DNA from: Alphaproteobacteria bacterium
GTDB lineage: Bacteria > Pseudomonadota > Alphaproteobacteria > G965222575
DNA: 64,000 nt
Assembly: GCA_965222575.1 (NCBI GenBank)
Contig: OZ244958.1
Span: forward strand, 1 to 64,000
Reading direction: 5' to 3'
Positions within the stretch are counted from its first letter, which is position 1. The number at the start of each line of letters is the position of its first letter. The translations under genes and the position numbers were made by a program. This document shows positions 1 to 12,671 of the stretch, in pieces. The notes beneath the pieces were generated by a model. It made no database searches. It saw nothing but the letters and a program-made list of their open reading frames with translations, and had not been told where the DNA came from.

Positions 1-56
1 ATACCCAGCAATAAAAAGGCACGACGCGTAAAAACATTCTCGTAAAAGAACTTCAC
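1..56 (-). CDS. mrdA: penicillin-binding protein 2, N-terminus only (runs off window edge)
   Basis: GTG at 56 overlaps the mreD stop (GTGA); reads MKFFYENVFTRRAFLLLG, matching the FTRRA-hydrophobic N-terminus of alphaproteobacterial PBP2; mreC-mreD-mrdA synteny. Confidence 0.7.
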   Translation of the reverse strand, partial: MKFFYENVFTRRAFLLLG

Positions 57-535
57 TCTTCACTCCTTAAAAAAGACAAAAATAACACCATAGGCGCATA
101 AAGCCCTATGAGAATCCCCCAATGCAACAAGAAGGTCTTAAAAGAAAGCCACTGAACACTATAAAAAGATTCCACAGCCCACCAACAACTGACCGCAAGA
201 GCCGAACAAATCATAAAGAAACCCAACTGGTAAAGAAACTGCCTTCTGAACAGGCGCATGCGATACATCCATGCACTATAATAAGCAACCCCCAGAACAA
301 TAAACAAAATCCCAGGGGAAGACCCTAAAAGAAGGTCCAATCCTAACCCTAAACCCCCAACAAAAAAGGCATTAATCGTCGCAGGAAAGTAAAAACTCAG
401 GAAAAAAACAGAAATAAAAGACAAAAGAAGGGACATATGAATCCCTTGTGGTAAAATCAGCCCCAAAACAAAGGATATCCCCACCAACTGAAGACCTAGT
501 AGAAGATAAAACTTTAAGAGCTGTCCCAATGGCAT
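53..535 (-). CDS. mreD: rod shape-determining protein MreD (membrane)
   Basis: Highly hydrophobic, contains GLGLDLLLGSSPG (MreD-like GLxxDxxxG..G); lies directly downstream of mreC; start MPLGQ at 535 chosen to avoid overlap. Confidence 0.75.
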   Translation of the reverse strand: MPLGQLLKFYLLLGLQLVGISFVLGLILPQGIHMSLLLSFISVFFLSFYFPATINAFFVGGLGLGLDLLLGSSPGILFIVLGVAYYSAWMYRMRLFRRQFLYQLGFFMICSALAVSCWWAVESFYSVQWLSFKTFLLHWGILIGLYAPMVLFLSFLRSEE

Positions 536-542
536 GCTAACT

Positions 543-1343
543 TCATTCCTGTTCAGACAAAAAGACCGATACAACGCTTAGATCCGAAAAATCTACAAAA
601 GACGTAATGTATAAGACATCTTTATACCGCTCCAAAATGCCCACCGGCAAATCCGGTGGGAACACCCCCCCTTGACCAGACGTCATCACAATGTTCCCCA
701 TCTCTAAATCATCAGACTCTACAAATTTTAGCCTTAACCTGTTCCGACTCCCTTCTCCCACAGCAATCCCATCAATGACCCTATCCCCCTTGCCAATCAC
801 ATAAACAGGAATCCGCGACTCCTTAGCATTGAGTAACAACACTCTTGAGGTCTTTTTTCCTCCATATAAAACCCGCCCCACAAGACCGCTGTCATTAATC
901 ACCACCGCATTATCTTCTACCCCCTGACTCACCCCTACATCAATTAAGCACCAGCCCGTATTACCGCCTACTGCCATAGGCCCCCGATGCAGACCAATCA
1001 CTGTGCCAGAAACCACCGGTAAAGAAATTTTTTCCACCACATTGAGAATCTTCTCATACCCCTGATTAATGCGATACAGCCGCTGTGCTTCTACATACCA
1101 CTGCACCAAACGGACGTTTTCTTCCTTCAACAGCGCATTTTCCTCTTTTAACAAGACAATCCCCCCTACAAACCGCCTGAGTTCATAAGCCTTCCGAAGA
1201 GGGAAAGAAGAGTGTCTACTCACCCAAGAGGTATAATCCAGCACCATCAAGTTCATCTGCTCAAACCATGAAGGCTTCTCCTTCCCCAGCATCAATAGCC
1301 CTATTGCTACAAAACAAAAAAGCCCAAATGACCCCCAATTCAT
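543..1343 (-). CDS. mreC: rod shape-determining protein MreC
   Basis: N-terminal TM, coiled coil LKEENALLKEEN, motifs GLVGRV, SRVLLL and TSGQGGVFPPDLPVG; start MNWGSFG at 1343 preferred over the ORF start inside aspS. Confidence 0.9.
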   Translation of the reverse strand: MNWGSFGLFCFVAIGLLMLGKEKPSWFEQMNLMVLDYTSWVSRHSSFPLRKAYELRRFVGGIVLLKEENALLKEENVRLVQWYVEAQRLYRINQGYEKILNVVEKISLPVVSGTVIGLHRGPMAVGGNTGWCLIDVGVSQGVEDNAVVINDSGLVGRVLYGGKKTSRVLLLNAKESRIPVYVIGKGDRVIDGIAVGEGSRNRLRLKFVESDDLEMGNIVMTSGQGGVFPPDLPVGILERYKDVLYITSFVDFSDLSVVSVFLSEQE

Positions 1344-1387
1344 GGAATTTCTCTCATAAGAAGGCGCTAAAGGTATCTCTTCCATTT

Positions 1388-3160
1388 CTATTTCTTCTTC
1401 AACGGCTTCACAAGAAGATGCAGGTCTTTCATCTGTTGCGTCTCCACCTCGCAAGGAGACCCCATCATCAAGTCCTCGCCTTGTTGATTCATTGGGAACG
1501 GCATAACCTCACGAATCGTTTGCACATCAGCGAGTAACATCACTATGCGCTCTATCCCCGGCGCAAGCCCCCCATGAGGAGGTACGCCATAATGAAAAGC
1601 TTCATATAGCCCGGAAAACTTTTCTTTAATGTCCTCCTCTGTATACCCTGCAATGCTAAAGGCTTTTTTCATGATATCAAGGCGGTGATTGCGGATAGCA
1701 CCTGAGCTTAACTCTACCCCATTACAGACCATATCATACTGTTGGCTTACAATATTGGCAGGATTTTGCGTCACCAGCACCTCTAGTTCCCCCAAGGGCA
1801 TGGAGAAAGGATTATGGGCAAAATCCCACCTCCCACTTACAGGGTCGCGTTGATACATGGGATAATCCGTTATCCAACAAAACGCCATGCCTTTTTTTAC
1901 TAAATTCAACACATTGCCTAGTTTTTTTCGCGCAACACCCGCAAAGTGCAACGCCTCAGCTTCAGGGGCGCAAACAAAAAAGACACCCCCTCCCTCAGAA
2001 ACCTTGGTAAGGGCTTTGAGTCTCTCATGGCGTGTGTGCGTTAAATGCTTAGCAATAGGACCCTGCTGTTCAGGATTATACACAATATACCCCATGCCTT
2101 TCGCCCCTTCTTCCTTTGCCCACTCATTGAGTTTGTCAAAAAACCCGCGCGGACGAGAGGCTACCTGCTCAACAGCAATCGCTTTCACAACACACCCCCT
2201 CTCAATAGCACGCGCAAAAAGCCCAAAATCGCTACGGGCAAACACTTCCGTCACCTCCACAATTTTCAACTCTAACCGCAAATCAGGCTTATCCGTTCCA
2301 TAACTCCCCATGGCCTCCTGATACGAAAGACGAGGAAACTCCCCATCAATACACGTATCAGTAAACTGACTGAAAAGACTTGCCATGACTTCTCCCATCA
2401 CCTGAAAAATGTCTTCGCGAGTCACAAATGCCATCTCCATGTCTAGTTGATAAAATTCCCCAGGACTTCTATCCGCTCTAGCATCTTCATCTCTAAAACA
2501 GGGCGCAATTTGAAAATACTTATCAAATCCCGACGCAATGATAAGCTGCTTGAAAATCTGAGGGGCTTGAGGAAGCGCATAGAAACGTCCCGGATGTAAG
2601 CGACTTGGGACCAAAAAATCTCTTGCCCCTTCAGGACTTGAAGAGGTAAGAATAGGCGTTTGTATCTCCAAAAACCCCCGCTCCTCCATGAGCTTTCTTA
2701 TTGCGGAAATGACCTGACTTCTCAACACAATACATCGGCGCGTTCCACTGCGTCTTAAATCCAAATAACGGTACTTAAAACGCAATTCTTCAGGATAAGG
2801 AGGCTCCCCAAACACAGGAAGCGGTAACTCATCAGCCTTTGATAGAACCTTTATGTCCTCTATCCCTACCTCCACACGCCCCGTCGAGAGCCCCGCATTC
2901 ACTGTATCATCACTGCGCTTTAGAACCTCTCCTGTAATGGACACAACACTTTCTGAACTCATGGACTCTCCTACTGGAAACATCTTATGCCCCGTGTCTA
3001 CAACACACTGCGTAATACCGTAATAATCACGCAAGTCAATAAACAATAACTGCCCATGATTCCGCTTCCTGTGAATCCATCCCGCAAGACGCACCCTTTG
3101 ACCAACATCTTCAAGACGTATCTGAGCGCAAGTATGCGTTCGAAAAGGGTGTCGTGTCAT
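1388..3160 (-). CDS. aspS: aspartate--tRNA ligase
   Basis: RTHTC N-terminus, PEGARDFLVPSR, QIAPCFRDED, GVPPHGGLAPGIER class II motifs. Confidence 0.98.
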   Translation of the reverse strand: MTRHPFRTHTCAQIRLEDVGQRVRLAGWIHRKRNHGQLLFIDLRDYYGITQCVVDTGHKMFPVGESMSSESVVSITGEVLKRSDDTVNAGLSTGRVEVGIEDIKVLSKADELPLPVFGEPPYPEELRFKYRYLDLRRSGTRRCIVLRSQVISAIRKLMEERGFLEIQTPILTSSSPEGARDFLVPSRLHPGRFYALPQAPQIFKQLIIASGFDKYFQIAPCFRDEDARADRSPGEFYQLDMEMAFVTREDIFQVMGEVMASLFSQFTDTCIDGEFPRLSYQEAMGSYGTDKPDLRLELKIVEVTEVFARSDFGLFARAIERGCVVKAIAVEQVASRPRGFFDKLNEWAKEEGAKGMGYIVYNPEQQGPIAKHLTHTRHERLKALTKVSEGGGVFFVCAPEAEALHFAGVARKKLGNVLNLVKKGMAFCWITDYPMYQRDPVSGRWDFAHNPFSMPLGELEVLVTQNPANIVSQQYDMVCNGVELSSGAIRNHRLDIMKKAFSIAGYTEEDIKEKFSGLYEAFHYGVPPHGGLAPGIERIVMLLADVQTIREVMPFPMNQQGEDLMMGSPCEVETQQMKDLHLLVKPLKKK

Positions 3161-3294
3161 CTCATTAAAACTAGCATTTCTACTCCAAGACTACCCTACC
3201 CTCAGTAATGTTTTCAACGCTTCTTTAACAAAACCTTCCTAGAGTTCTCATCAAAAGAGTACAATTCTTCTCTTCAATATTGGCTGGATAGTAT

Positions 3295-4737
3295 ATGAGT
3301 CTTTCATTTTTTTATCCCAAAGTGACAGGAGAAGATGTCTCTTCAGAAGGAAAAAGAAAAAGCCACCTCTTCGGTCCAGCCCTCATTCTTTATAGCCTAG
3401 CAGCTCTTCTGGGGATAGAAGCCATTGTCAATGTTGTTCTTGCCCCTAGCGATTTTAGTGTATCGTCTCTTTTGACTTGGCTCTGCGTTGTCAAAATTAG
3501 TAGCGCAACTGCTATCGCTACCCTAACATTCTACTGGAGTGACGAACAATTTTCTCACTTCAAAGTCATTTTCCTAGCCCGCCGTTGCTTACAACGATAT
3601 GCCCGCGGAGATTTTCAACTCTCCGCCCCCGCCTATCCTACTGGCTCCCTAGCAGGACTATGCGATGGACTCAAACACTTCAAGGAAACCGTAGAACCCA
3701 TGATGAAAACCCTCGCCCAGCAAACAGCACATACCCAACAAGAAATAAAATGGCGCAAAAATCAAGAAAAAATCACACAACAAGTCGAATTCTCCGTCAC
3801 CGTTATTATGAAAAAAGTCGTCACCGAATCCGAAGAACTCATCCGTAACGCCATGAAAGTAAAAGACAATATTCGCCACGCGACACACTTGACAAAAGAA
3901 GTCGCTAACTCCTCTTCCGCAGCAAGCCAAAACGTTCAAACCGTCGCCTCAGCCGTAGAGGAAGTCAGCCACTCCGCAACACAAGTAGGCAACCTAGTGA
4001 CAAAATCCTCCGCTATCACAGCCAAAGCCATGCAACAAGCAAAAAAAACCGACGAAACCGTTCAAGGCCTCAACGCCACAACCCTCGCCATCGGTAAAGT
4101 CGTCAAACTCATCAGTGATATCGCAGAACAAACAAACCTCCTAGCCCTCAACGCTACCATCGAAGCCGCAAGAGCAGGCGAATACGGCAAAGGATTCGCC
4201 GTCGTCGCCTCCGAAGTCAAAAACCTCGCCTCCGAAACAGCCGAAGCTACTGAAGAAATTATTCGCCAAATCCAAGCTATTCAACTCGTTAGCAAAAACT
4301 CCATCCGCGCCATTCACTCCATCAGTGATACCATCCTCTCTATCAACGATATCGGACAAACCATCGCTTCCACCGTCAAAGAACAAAACCTAGCCACAGC
4401 AGAAATCGCTAAACGCTCCGCCGATACAGCAGAAGATACCTACAATGTCTCCGATGGTATCGCCAAAGTCCGCTCCTCTATCATCTCTCACTCAAAAACC
4501 ACCGACCACATGGCCTCCTCCATCTCACAGCTAGGACACCAAATTACCGACCTCAACCAGCACATCATACAATTCCTCCAACACCTAAAATCCGCCTCCG
4601 CTCCCCCCCAATCCAACATTCTCTCCAACCTCTCACTCCCCTCTCCCGCTCAACTCCAATCCCTCAAGCGAATCCCTTCCCCTCAACTCAACACCCGCAC
4701 CACAAGCCCCACAAGCCCCACTTCCCCTAGCCTCTAA
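3295..4737 (+). CDS. methyl-accepting chemotaxis protein
   Basis: Signalling hairpin [40 protein letters not shown]; two N-terminal hydrophobic segments. Confidence 0.93.
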   Translation: MSLSFFYPKVTGEDVSSEGKRKSHLFGPALILYSLAALLGIEAIVNVVLAPSDFSVSSLLTWLCVVKISSATAIATLTFYWSDEQFSHFKVIFLARRCLQRYARGDFQLSAPAYPTGSLAGLCDGLKHFKETVEPMMKTLAQQTAHTQQEIKWRKNQEKITQQVEFSVTVIMKKVVTESEELIRNAMKVKDNIRHATHLTKEVANSSSAASQNVQTVASAVEEVSHSATQVGNLVTKSSAITAKAMQQAKKTDETVQGLNATTLAIGKVVKLISDIAEQTNLLALNATIEAARAGEYGKGFAVVASEVKNLASETAEATEEIIRQIQAIQLVSKNSIRAIHSISDTILSINDIGQTIASTVKEQNLATAEIAKRSADTAEDTYNVSDGIAKVRSSIISHSKTTDHMASSISQLGHQITDLNQHIIQFLQHLKSASAPPQSNILSNLSLPSPAQLQSLKRIPSPQLNTRTTSPTSPTSPSL

Positions 4738-4752
4738 CACACCAGAACCCGC

Positions 4753-5154
4753 CTACCTTCCCAATAAAGGCCAAGAAACCCCCTCCATTCTCGCCAACAC
4801 TTCATCACAAGAAACCTGAGTCTTGCCACTTTCTTGCGCTAGCAACGTTTGCTCAACAGCAAAATCAAAAATACTCAAGATAGCCTCTTGAGTCTCTTGT
4901 TGAAATGTCCGATCCACCCAACTCTTGACAGCTTCCGTTTTCTCCACCACCCCCTCCACACCACAAGCCGCTCCCCACCCTAACAAGGTCATATACTCCG
5001 ATAACATCTCTTGGGAAGACCTCTCCCGCACTACCTCCACTTCCTCAACCCCCTCAACACCACTGCGCCCCCACAATAGCCAAACTACGCCAACCCCTAA
5101 TAACAACACAACTAACAACAAAAACACCATCCCTTTCCTAGACCACCTCACCAC
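4753..5154 (-). CDS. hypothetical membrane-anchored protein with two Cys
   Basis: 133-aa ORF with an N-terminal TM, 9 bp downstream of nuoK, codon composition like other minus-strand genes. Confidence 0.6.
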   Translation of the reverse strand: MVRWSRKGMVFLLLVVLLLGVGVVWLLWGRSGVEGVEEVEVVRERSSQEMLSEYMTLLGWGAACGVEGVVEKTEAVKSWVDRTFQQETQEAILSIFDFAVEQTLLAQESGKTQVSCDEVLARMEGVSWPLLGR

Positions 5155-5163
5155 GCACCTCCC

Positions 5164-5484
5164 TTATCCCTTAAGGTCTGAAATCTCTTGCACAGCAATA
5201 CTCCCCTTAAGACGAAACCAAGCAATAATAATAGCAAGTCCAATAGCCACTTCCGCTGCAGCGACTGTTAATACGAATAGCGCAAAAACCTGTCCAAATA
5301 AATCTCCCCAATACGCCCCAAAAGACACAAAATTTATCACCACTGCTAGCAACATAAGCTCTAAACACATAAGAAGAGCGATTAAGTTTTTGCGATTCAC
5401 AAATACCCCTACAACTGCCACCATAAACACCATAGTAGATAAAGAGGCATAATGAACAATAGAAATGGAAGAGAGGACTGTCAT
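5164..5484 (-). CDS. nuoK: NADH-quinone oxidoreductase subunit K
   Basis: [11 protein letters not shown] and [14 protein letters not shown] motifs; operon order. Confidence 0.96.
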   Translation of the reverse strand: MTVLSSISIVHYASLSTMVFMVAVVGVFVNRKNLIALLMCLELMLLAVVINFVSFGAYWGDLFGQVFALFVLTVAAAEVAIGLAIIIAWFRLKGSIAVQEISDLKG

Positions 5485-6080
5485 AGGTCTATGCCCTTGT
5501 GAAAATCCACTTGCACGATGCGAATGGAGCTTCTTCTGAGTGCTTGTTGGTATTGCCTTTTCGTGGAAGAGGGACGCAATGTTAAAACAATAGCCCCTAT
5601 CATAGCAACTAGTAAAATCAGTCCTACTCCTTGAAACACAAAGATATAATGCGTATACAACAGATGCCCTAAGGCTTTCACACTCCCCTCAGGGGGAAGA
5701 AAAAAGGGGGAGGAGTGTGCTTCTTTCTCAGCAGACGGTAAAAACCACACCCTCAGTCCCACAATCAGTTCAACAGCAAGTAAACCTCCCACACTTAACC
5801 CCAACGGAAAGTACACCAAAAAGCCTCTTTTCAGAGAAGCAAAATCCGCTTTGAGCATCATCACTACAAACAAAAACAACACAGCCACAGCCCCAACATA
5901 AACTATGACCATAATCCAAGCTATGTACTCTGCCCCTAGCAAGAGGAATAAACCAGTAGCGCTACTAAAAGCCAAAATCAAAAACAACACACCATGAACA
6001 GGATGGCGCGAGGAGATGACCATCACTGAAGACCCTAACACCAGCAGAGAAAAAAAATAAAAAGCAACGGACACTAGCAT
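5481..6080 (-). CDS. nuoJ: NADH-quinone oxidoreductase subunit J
   Basis: [28 protein letters not shown]. Confidence 0.96.
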   Translation of the reverse strand: MLVSVAFYFFSLLVLGSSVMVISSRHPVHGVLFLILAFSSATGLFLLLGAEYIAWIMVIVYVGAVAVLFLFVVMMLKADFASLKRGFLVYFPLGLSVGGLLAVELIVGLRVWFLPSAEKEAHSSPFFLPPEGSVKALGHLLYTHYIFVFQGVGLILLVAMIGAIVLTLRPSSTKRQYQQALRRSSIRIVQVDFHKGIDL

Positions 6081-6081
6081 G

Positions 6082-6576
6082 TTATGTAAACGGGGCGTCC
6101 TTCTTCAGATTCTCTGCAATTTCTCTCTCCCATCGGTCTCCATTCTCTAAAAGCTTCTGTTTGTTATACAAAAGCTCCTCTCTGGTATAAGTAGAAAATT
6201 CATAACCCGGTCCTTGTACAATAGCATCCACAGGACAAGCTTCTTGACAAAACCCGCAGTAAATACATTTTGTCATATCAATATCATATCTCACCGCACG
6301 CCTGCTTCCATCAGTTCTTTCTTCGGCTTCAATGGTAATAGCTTGCGCCGGACAAACAGCCTCACAAAGCTTGCAAGCGATACAGCGCTCTTCCCCATTA
6401 TCGTATCGTCTTAAAGCATGCTCGCCTCTAAAACGATGAGAAAGAGGCGCTTTTTCATAGGGGTAGTTGACCGTGACCTTAGGCTTGAAAAGATAACGAA
6501 AGGTCAACCACAAGCCCTTGAGAAGGTCTAAGAGTAAAAAGGACTTCATCCAGTAATAGAGCTGTTTTTTTTTCAT
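6082..6576 (-). CDS. nuoI: NADH-quinone oxidoreductase subunit I
   Basis: Two CxxCxxCxxxCP 4Fe-4S motifs, [11 protein letters not shown]; start MKKKQ at 6576 preferred. Confidence 0.97.
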   Translation of the reverse strand: MKKKQLYYWMKSFLLLDLLKGLWLTFRYLFKPKVTVNYPYEKAPLSHRFRGEHALRRYDNGEERCIACKLCEAVCPAQAITIEAEERTDGSRRAVRYDIDMTKCIYCGFCQEACPVDAIVQGPGYEFSTYTREELLYNKQKLLENGDRWEREIAENLKKDAPFT

Positions 6577-6592
6577 AACTCCCTTTGTTTTC

Positions 6593-7588
6593 CTATAACT
6601 CCCAGAAGACGATAACGCTTGCAACCCCCACCAACCAAACCAAAGACAACGGCAAAAACACCTTCCATCCTAGACGCATCAACTGATCATAACGATAGCG
6701 TGGTAAAGTCGCTCTCACCCAAATAAATCCATATAAGCATACCGCTACCTTCAAGATAAACCAAAGTCCCCCCGGAACAAAAGATAAAATCTTAAGAGGC
6801 GGCAACCAACCGCCGAGAAATAAAATCGTCGTCATGGCACTCATGAGAATCATGTTAGCGTACTCTCCAAGATAAAATAACGCAAAAGGCATGGAAGAAT
6901 ATTCTACCTGATAGCCCGCTACAAGCTCTGCTTCCGCTTCCGGTAAATCAAAAGGGTGACGATTCGTTTCAGCAAGCGTACAGATAAAAAACACAACAAA
7001 CATAGGAAATAAAGGAATGAAAAACCACATGTTCTCTTGGGCTAGAACAATTTCAGAAAGATTCAAAGACCCCGCACACAGTAAAACACACAAAATCACA
7101 AATCCAATACAGATTTCATAAGAAATCATTTGTGCCGCTGAACGCACTGCCCCTAGAAAAGCGTACCTTGAATTGGACGCCCAGCCTGCAATCACAACGC
7201 CGTAAACCCCAAGAGAAGAAATCGCAAACAAGTATAATATTCCAACAGAAATATCCGCTATCACCAACTCAGGCCCCAAAGGAATCACCGCCCAACCCAT
7301 ACACGCCAAAACAAATAACAGAACAGGGGCTAAAAGAAACAAAATAGGCCGGGCCGCTGTAGGCACAATGGACTCCTTAAATAACAGCTTCACCCCATCA
7401 GCTACAGGCTGCAAAAGACCAAAATAACCAACCACATTAGGGCCTCTCCGTAACTGCATAGACGCAATAATTTTCCTTTCCGCATAAGTCGTCCAAGCCA
7501 CTGCCACTAACAAAAGACCAATATACGCCAAGACTTTCACACTAATGACTAACCCCCCCACAATAATAGGCCAAATAGTCTCCATCAT
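6593..7588 (-). CDS. nuoH: NADH-quinone oxidoreductase subunit H
   Basis: [35 protein letters not shown]; ATGA overlap with the nuoG stop places the start at 7588. Confidence 0.97.
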   Translation of the reverse strand: MMETIWPIIVGGLVISVKVLAYIGLLLVAVAWTTYAERKIIASMQLRRGPNVVGYFGLLQPVADGVKLLFKESIVPTAARPILFLLAPVLLFVLACMGWAVIPLGPELVIADISVGILYLFAISSLGVYGVVIAGWASNSRYAFLGAVRSAAQMISYEICIGFVILCVLLCAGSLNLSEIVLAQENMWFFIPLFPMFVVFFICTLAETNRHPFDLPEAEAELVAGYQVEYSSMPFALFYLGEYANMILMSAMTTILFLGGWLPPLKILSFVPGGLWFILKVAVCLYGFIWVRATLPRYRYDQLMRLGWKVFLPLSLVWLVGVASVIVFWEL

Positions 7589-9615
7589 ACCGCTACCCGC
7601 TTCGTGGAAAAAATAGCCGAACACTTAGACAGCGTCTCACTAGCCCTAGCAATCACATTCGTTAAATAAAAGTCTTCCACAAAAGGCTTAAAAGGCTCTT
7701 GCACCATCTTGCCCTCCTTGCCAAGTAAGTCCCAATCCACAGCTTTGTGCCGCCCCCTTTGCGCCTTGAAGGCTTCTTGCAAACTCAACGCCGTGCTATA
7801 ACGCCAACGCTTCCCCAAAACAGCTGCTACCTTCCCAGCAATTTGCCAATCCTCCAAAGCTTCTCCCGGAGCATTAAGAGCCTGTATCCCCTGTTGAACA
7901 CGCCCCTCAGTATTGACCCAAAGAGCTGTTTTCTCCGCCCAAGCCGCAGCCGGTAACACCACATCGGCTGACTCTGCCCCCACATCCCCATGACTGCCCT
8001 GATACACCACAAAAGCCTCCCCCTCTACAGCCACTTCATCGTACCCCATCAGAAAAACAACTTTCAACGACCCTTCCCGCACCCCCTGTAAAATGCCAGC
8101 CGTATCTCTACCCCCCGCCCCCGGTACAAAACCTACCTCCAACCCATTACAGAGCCCCGTTGTCGTCTGCAAGACATTATACCCAACCCAATCCTTCCGA
8201 CACACCCCAAAACTCTTCATCATAACAGACAGATTGTGCAAAATCGCCTCCCTATCCCTACGCCTGAAAACCTCTAGCCCCACAATCACCATAGGCTTCC
8301 GCGCCCCTCTTAAAGCCCCCGCAAAAGAATGCTTCATCCCAAGCAAGTCCAATATCCCAGACGGATAAGACGATACATGCTCATAGTCATAACGCAAATC
8401 TTCTCCAACGCCAATCACTCCAACAGGAACCCCTCTTAACCTCTGCTTTCTAATACGGGCATTGAGAACCGCACTCTCTTTTCGCGGATTCGTCCCCACT
8501 AATAACAAGCAATCCGCCTCTTCAAGACCTCTAATACCACTATTAAAGCGCCAATACGCAGCATTCTCCCCCGGTACCAAACACCCCTCAGGACGACAAT
8601 CCCCATGAGGCGTCCCTAATACCTTCATCAACTCTTGAAAAGCAACATAATCTTCCACAGATGACAAATCTCCTCCTATACCGCCCACTTCCAAAGGCTC
8701 TACCCCCTCCATAGCACGCCCAATAGCCTCCAAGGCCTCTTGCCAAGAAACAGCTTCAAGCCTTCCCCCTTTCCTCACATAAGGCACATCTAACCTCTGA
8801 TTCTTAAGACCATCATAACAAAATCTTGTCTTATCAGTAATCCATTCTTCATTAATCGCTTCATTCAATAAAGGTAAAATGCGCATCACTACCCCACCGC
8901 GTACATCCACCCGCACATTAGCCCCCAACCCATCCATAGCATCTATGGTCTCCGTTTTCCTAAGCTCCCAACTCCGCGCTGTAAATAAATAAGGCTTAGA
9001 ATTTAACGCCCCCACAGGACATAAATCAATAACATTGCCCGATAGCTCCGAATCCACAGCCTTTTCTAAAGTGCTAATTTCCATCTCCTCCCCCCGATTC
9101 AACGCGCCCATAACAGGCGTACCCGCCACCTCTTCACAAAATCTAATACACCGCGTACAGTGAATGCAACGCGTCATAGCCGTGGCAATCAACGGCCCCA
9201 TCTCCTTTTCCTCAACAGCTCTCTTCTCAAAATTATACCGACTCAGTCCCGCTCCATACGCCATGGCTTGGTCTTGTAAATCACACTCCCCCCCCTGATC
9301 ACAAATAGGACAATCCAAAGGATGATTAATTAACAAAAACTCCATCACCCCTTCCCGCGCCGTTTTCACACGTTGCGTGTTCGTATATATCTTCATCCCA
9401 TCAGCCACAGGCATGGCACAAGACGCAACAAGCTTCGGGGCTTTCTCCACCTCTACCAAACACATGCGACAATTGCCCGCTATGGCTAGACGAGGGTGAT
9501 AGCAAAAATGCGGAATCTCTTTGTCCGCTAAACGGCAAGCCTGAAAAACCGTGAGACCTTTCGCAACCTCCACAGGCTCATCATCAACAAAAATACGAAA
9601 AAAAACAGACATCAC
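7585..9615 (-). CDS. nuoG: NADH-quinone oxidoreductase subunit G
   Basis: [45 protein letters not shown]. Confidence 0.98.
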   Translation of the reverse strand: MMSVFFRIFVDDEPVEVAKGLTVFQACRLADKEIPHFCYHPRLAIAGNCRMCLVEVEKAPKLVASCAMPVADGMKIYTNTQRVKTAREGVMEFLLINHPLDCPICDQGGECDLQDQAMAYGAGLSRYNFEKRAVEEKEMGPLIATAMTRCIHCTRCIRFCEEVAGTPVMGALNRGEEMEISTLEKAVDSELSGNVIDLCPVGALNSKPYLFTARSWELRKTETIDAMDGLGANVRVDVRGGVVMRILPLLNEAINEEWITDKTRFCYDGLKNQRLDVPYVRKGGRLEAVSWQEALEAIGRAMEGVEPLEVGGIGGDLSSVEDYVAFQELMKVLGTPHGDCRPEGCLVPGENAAYWRFNSGIRGLEEADCLLLVGTNPRKESAVLNARIRKQRLRGVPVGVIGVGEDLRYDYEHVSSYPSGILDLLGMKHSFAGALRGARKPMVIVGLEVFRRRDREAILHNLSVMMKSFGVCRKDWVGYNVLQTTTGLCNGLEVGFVPGAGGRDTAGILQGVREGSLKVVFLMGYDEVAVEGEAFVVYQGSHGDVGAESADVVLPAAAWAEKTALWVNTEGRVQQGIQALNAPGEALEDWQIAGKVAAVLGKRWRYSTALSLQEAFKAQRGRHKAVDWDLLGKEGKMVQEPFKPFVEDFYLTNVIARASETLSKCSAIFSTKRVAV

Positions 9616-10886
9616 GAAGCTTTAGGGAGGGCATTCTTAAGACGCTCTTCTATCTCTTGACGAAAATGTCGAATCAGACCCTGAATAGGCCACGCAGCAG
9701 CATCCCCAAGAGCACAAATCGTATGCCCTTCCACCTGCTTTGTCACCTCCCAAAGCTTATCAATATCAGCAACCTCTCCTTCTCCCTTACTCAGACGCTT
9801 AAGCATACGCCACATCCACCCCGTCCCTTCACGACAAGGCGTACACTGACCACAACTCTCATGCTTATAAAATCGCGCAAGATTCACAATCGCTTCTATG
9901 ATATCTACACTTTTATCCATCACAATCACAGCCCCTGTCCCAAGTCCAGAATGTTGCGCCGCCAAAACATCAAAGTCCATACTCACATAATTACAAACAG
10001 AAGCCGGTATCAACGGCACAGAAGACCCCCCAGGAATCACAGCTTGCAAATTGTTCCACCCCCCCCTCACACCCCCACCATATTTTGTAATAAGCGTTTT
10101 TAACGAAATCCCCAGCTCTTCCTCCACATTACAAGGCGTGTTGACATGACCACAGAGCGTAAAAATCTTTGTCCCTGTATTATTGCTATTCCCAAGAGAG
10201 GAAAACCAACCCGCCCCCCGCCGGAAAATTTCTCCCAAAACAGCAATGGTCTCCACATTGTTCACCGTAGTAGGACACCCCCACAAGCCTGCACTAGCCG
10301 GAAAAGGAGGCTTCAAACGCGGTAACCCCTTCTTGCCTTCCAAACTCTCAAGCAATGCCGTCTCCTCCCCGCAAATATAAGCCCCAGCTCCCCGATGAAG
10401 AATAATCTCAAAACCAATGCCTAACACCGCACTAGAACCTAATAAACCTGCCCCATAAGCCTCTGTAATCGCTTTCTCAAGTACCCTAGCTTCCTCATAA
10501 AACTCACCCCGAATGTAAATGTACGCAACCCCCGCCCCAATAGCATAACCTGCCAATACACAGCCCTCCAAAAGACGGTGCGGATCAAATCTCATGATAT
10601 CCCTATCCTTACAAGTCCCAGGTTCAGACTCATCGGCATTCACCACCAAATAAGACGGGACACCCTTCTGAGGCGGCGGCATAAATGACCATTTCACTCC
10701 CGTGGGAAATCCCGCTCCACCGCGACCCCTCAGACCAGAAGCTTTGACTTCCTCAATGAAATCTTTCCTATCCCTTGATAAAAGAGACCGCATATCTTTC
10801 CAAATCCCACGCCGCCGCGCACCCCTAAGATACGGGTCTCCCTCCCCATAAAGGTTGGTAAAAATTTTCTCTTGCTCTTTCAACAT
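9612..10886 (-). CDS. nuoF: NADH-quinone oxidoreductase subunit F
   Basis: [38 protein letters not shown]. Confidence 0.98.
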   Translation of the reverse strand: MLKEQEKIFTNLYGEGDPYLRGARRRGIWKDMRSLLSRDRKDFIEEVKASGLRGRGGAGFPTGVKWSFMPPPQKGVPSYLVVNADESEPGTCKDRDIMRFDPHRLLEGCVLAGYAIGAGVAYIYIRGEFYEEARVLEKAITEAYGAGLLGSSAVLGIGFEIILHRGAGAYICGEETALLESLEGKKGLPRLKPPFPASAGLWGCPTTVNNVETIAVLGEIFRRGAGWFSSLGNSNNTGTKIFTLCGHVNTPCNVEEELGISLKTLITKYGGGVRGGWNNLQAVIPGGSSVPLIPASVCNYVSMDFDVLAAQHSGLGTGAVIVMDKSVDIIEAIVNLARFYKHESCGQCTPCREGTGWMWRMLKRLSKGEGEVADIDKLWEVTKQVEGHTICALGDAAAWPIQGLIRHFRQEIEERLKNALPKAS

Positions 10887-10910
10887 TGCACGCCTAACAC
10901 CCTTGCCCTC

Positions 10911-11492
10911 TTACCCCTCTTCCGATAACGTCTTTGTAACAGCCCGCGCCCCTTGCCTCCCCTTAGCACTCCCCTGCGGCAAAGGCTTCTTAGCCTTCAA
11001 TGAAAAGATAAGCTTCTCTAAAAAAGCCCCATCTACATCCTCATAAGTCCACTCATTCACCTGTAACACCGGTGCATTAGCACAAGCCCCTAAACACTCC
11101 ATCTCCCTTAAGGTAATCAGTCCATCCTCTGTGGTCTCTCCGTTCCTAATACCCGTTAAACCGCAAAGGATTTCTCTCAAGGAATCAGCCCCTCTCAAAC
11201 AGCACGGCAATGTACGACATAACTGTACCAAATACTTCCCTACAGGTTTTTCATTAATAAGCGTATAAAAAGACGCCACTTCCGCGACTTTGATATAAGG
11301 CATGGAAAGCTTCTCACCAACCACTTCCATAGCAGCCGGCGTCACATGACCGCCTAATTGGGCTTGGGCTAAATACAAAAGAGGCAATACCGCACTCTGA
11401 GACTTTGAAGACGGATACCGTTTCAAAATCTCCACAATCTGCACCTCGCTATCAGGACTAAAACTAAAAGACCCAGACATACCCAACTTCAC
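10911..11492 (-). CDS. nuoE: NADH-quinone oxidoreductase subunit E
   Basis: CRTLPC and [10 protein letters not shown] 2Fe-2S motifs. Confidence 0.96.
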   Translation of the reverse strand: MKLGMSGSFSFSPDSEVQIVEILKRYPSSKSQSAVLPLLYLAQAQLGGHVTPAAMEVVGEKLSMPYIKVAEVASFYTLINEKPVGKYLVQLCRTLPCCLRGADSLREILCGLTGIRNGETTEDGLITLREMECLGACANAPVLQVNEWTYEDVDGAFLEKLIFSLKAKKPLPQGSAKGRQGARAVTKTLSEEG

Positions 11493-12667
11493 CTATCAAT
11501 TTCCCCAAATACAATATCCAAACTCCCAATAATAGCAGCAGCATCCGCTATCATATGACCCCTACACAAAAAATCTAATCCCTGTAAATGACGAAAGCCC
11601 GGAGAGGATATCTTACACCGATAAGGACGATTGCTCCCATCAGACACAAGATAAACGCCAAATTCCCCCTTAGGGGCTTCTACCGCTTGATAAATCTGCC
11701 CCTTAGGAACATGCATCCCTTCCGTATAAAGCTTAAAATGGCGAATCAACGCCTCCATAGAGGTCTTCATCTCCTGGCGCCGCGGAGGAGAAACCTTAGG
11801 ATTGTTTACCATCACTTCTCCTGAAGGCATCTCTTCTAGACACTGCTGTATCATCTTCACCGATTGACGCATTTCCTCCATACGACACAAATATCTATCA
11901 TAACAATCTCCATGCTGTCCAACAGGAATATCAAACACCATCTTTTCATACACATCATAAGGTTGCGCTTTTCTTAAATCCCAAGGAAGACCACAGGCCC
12001 TTAACATGACCCCTGTAAACCCCCAATCTTGAGCCTCTGATGCTGTTAGACTCCCGATATCTACATTGCGTTGCTTAAACAAGCGATTTTCTGTCAATAA
12101 ATCCGATAAATCCTCCATAATCCTCCCAAAACCACGCGCCCAAACCGCAATCTTCTCCAACAGCGTCGGCGGTAAGTCCCTATGAACGCCCCCAGGACGA
12201 AAATACGCACAGTGAAGACGTGCTCCACTGGCCTCCTCATAAAACTCCATCAATTTCTCCCGCTCCTCAAACCCCCAAAGAGCCGGCGTCATAGCCCCAA
12301 CATCCAACGCCTGCGTGGTAATATTCAGTAAGTGATTTAACACACGACCAAGTTCCGCAAACAACACCCGTATATATTGCGCACGCAAAGGAGGTGTAAT
12401 CCCTAAAAGAGCCTCTACAGCCAAAACATACCCATGCTCCTGATTCAGAGGGGAAACATAATCCAGCCTGTCAAAATACGGCAACGCCTGAAGATAGGTC
12501 TTATGCTCAATCAGTTTCTCAGTCCCACGATGCAAAAACCCAATATGAGGGTCTAAACGTTCACAAACCTCTCCATCCAATTCCATCACAAGCCGCAAAA
12601 CCCCATGGGCCGCAGGATGCTGAGGCCCAAAATTTAACAGATAATTCTTGATGGTCTTTTCTCCCAT
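11489..12667 (-). CDS. nuoD: NADH-quinone oxidoreductase subunit D
   Basis: [25 protein letters not shown]-terminus. Confidence 0.98.
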   Translation of the reverse strand: MGEKTIKNYLLNFGPQHPAAHGVLRLVMELDGEVCERLDPHIGFLHRGTEKLIEHKTYLQALPYFDRLDYVSPLNQEHGYVLAVEALLGITPPLRAQYIRVLFAELGRVLNHLLNITTQALDVGAMTPALWGFEEREKLMEFYEEASGARLHCAYFRPGGVHRDLPPTLLEKIAVWARGFGRIMEDLSDLLTENRLFKQRNVDIGSLTASEAQDWGFTGVMLRACGLPWDLRKAQPYDVYEKMVFDIPVGQHGDCYDRYLCRMEEMRQSVKMIQQCLEEMPSGEVMVNNPKVSPPRRQEMKTSMEALIRHFKLYTEGMHVPKGQIYQAVEAPKGEFGVYLVSDGSNRPYRCKISSPGFRHLQGLDFLCRGHMIADAAAIIGSLDIVFGEIDR

Positions 12668-12671
12668 GCCT

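Noticed and set aside
4925-5452. 175-aa T/P/N-rich plus-strand ORF and similar antisense ORFs across the nuo and lpt genes
   Set aside because: Antisense to well-supported genes; open frames result from the strong C/A skew
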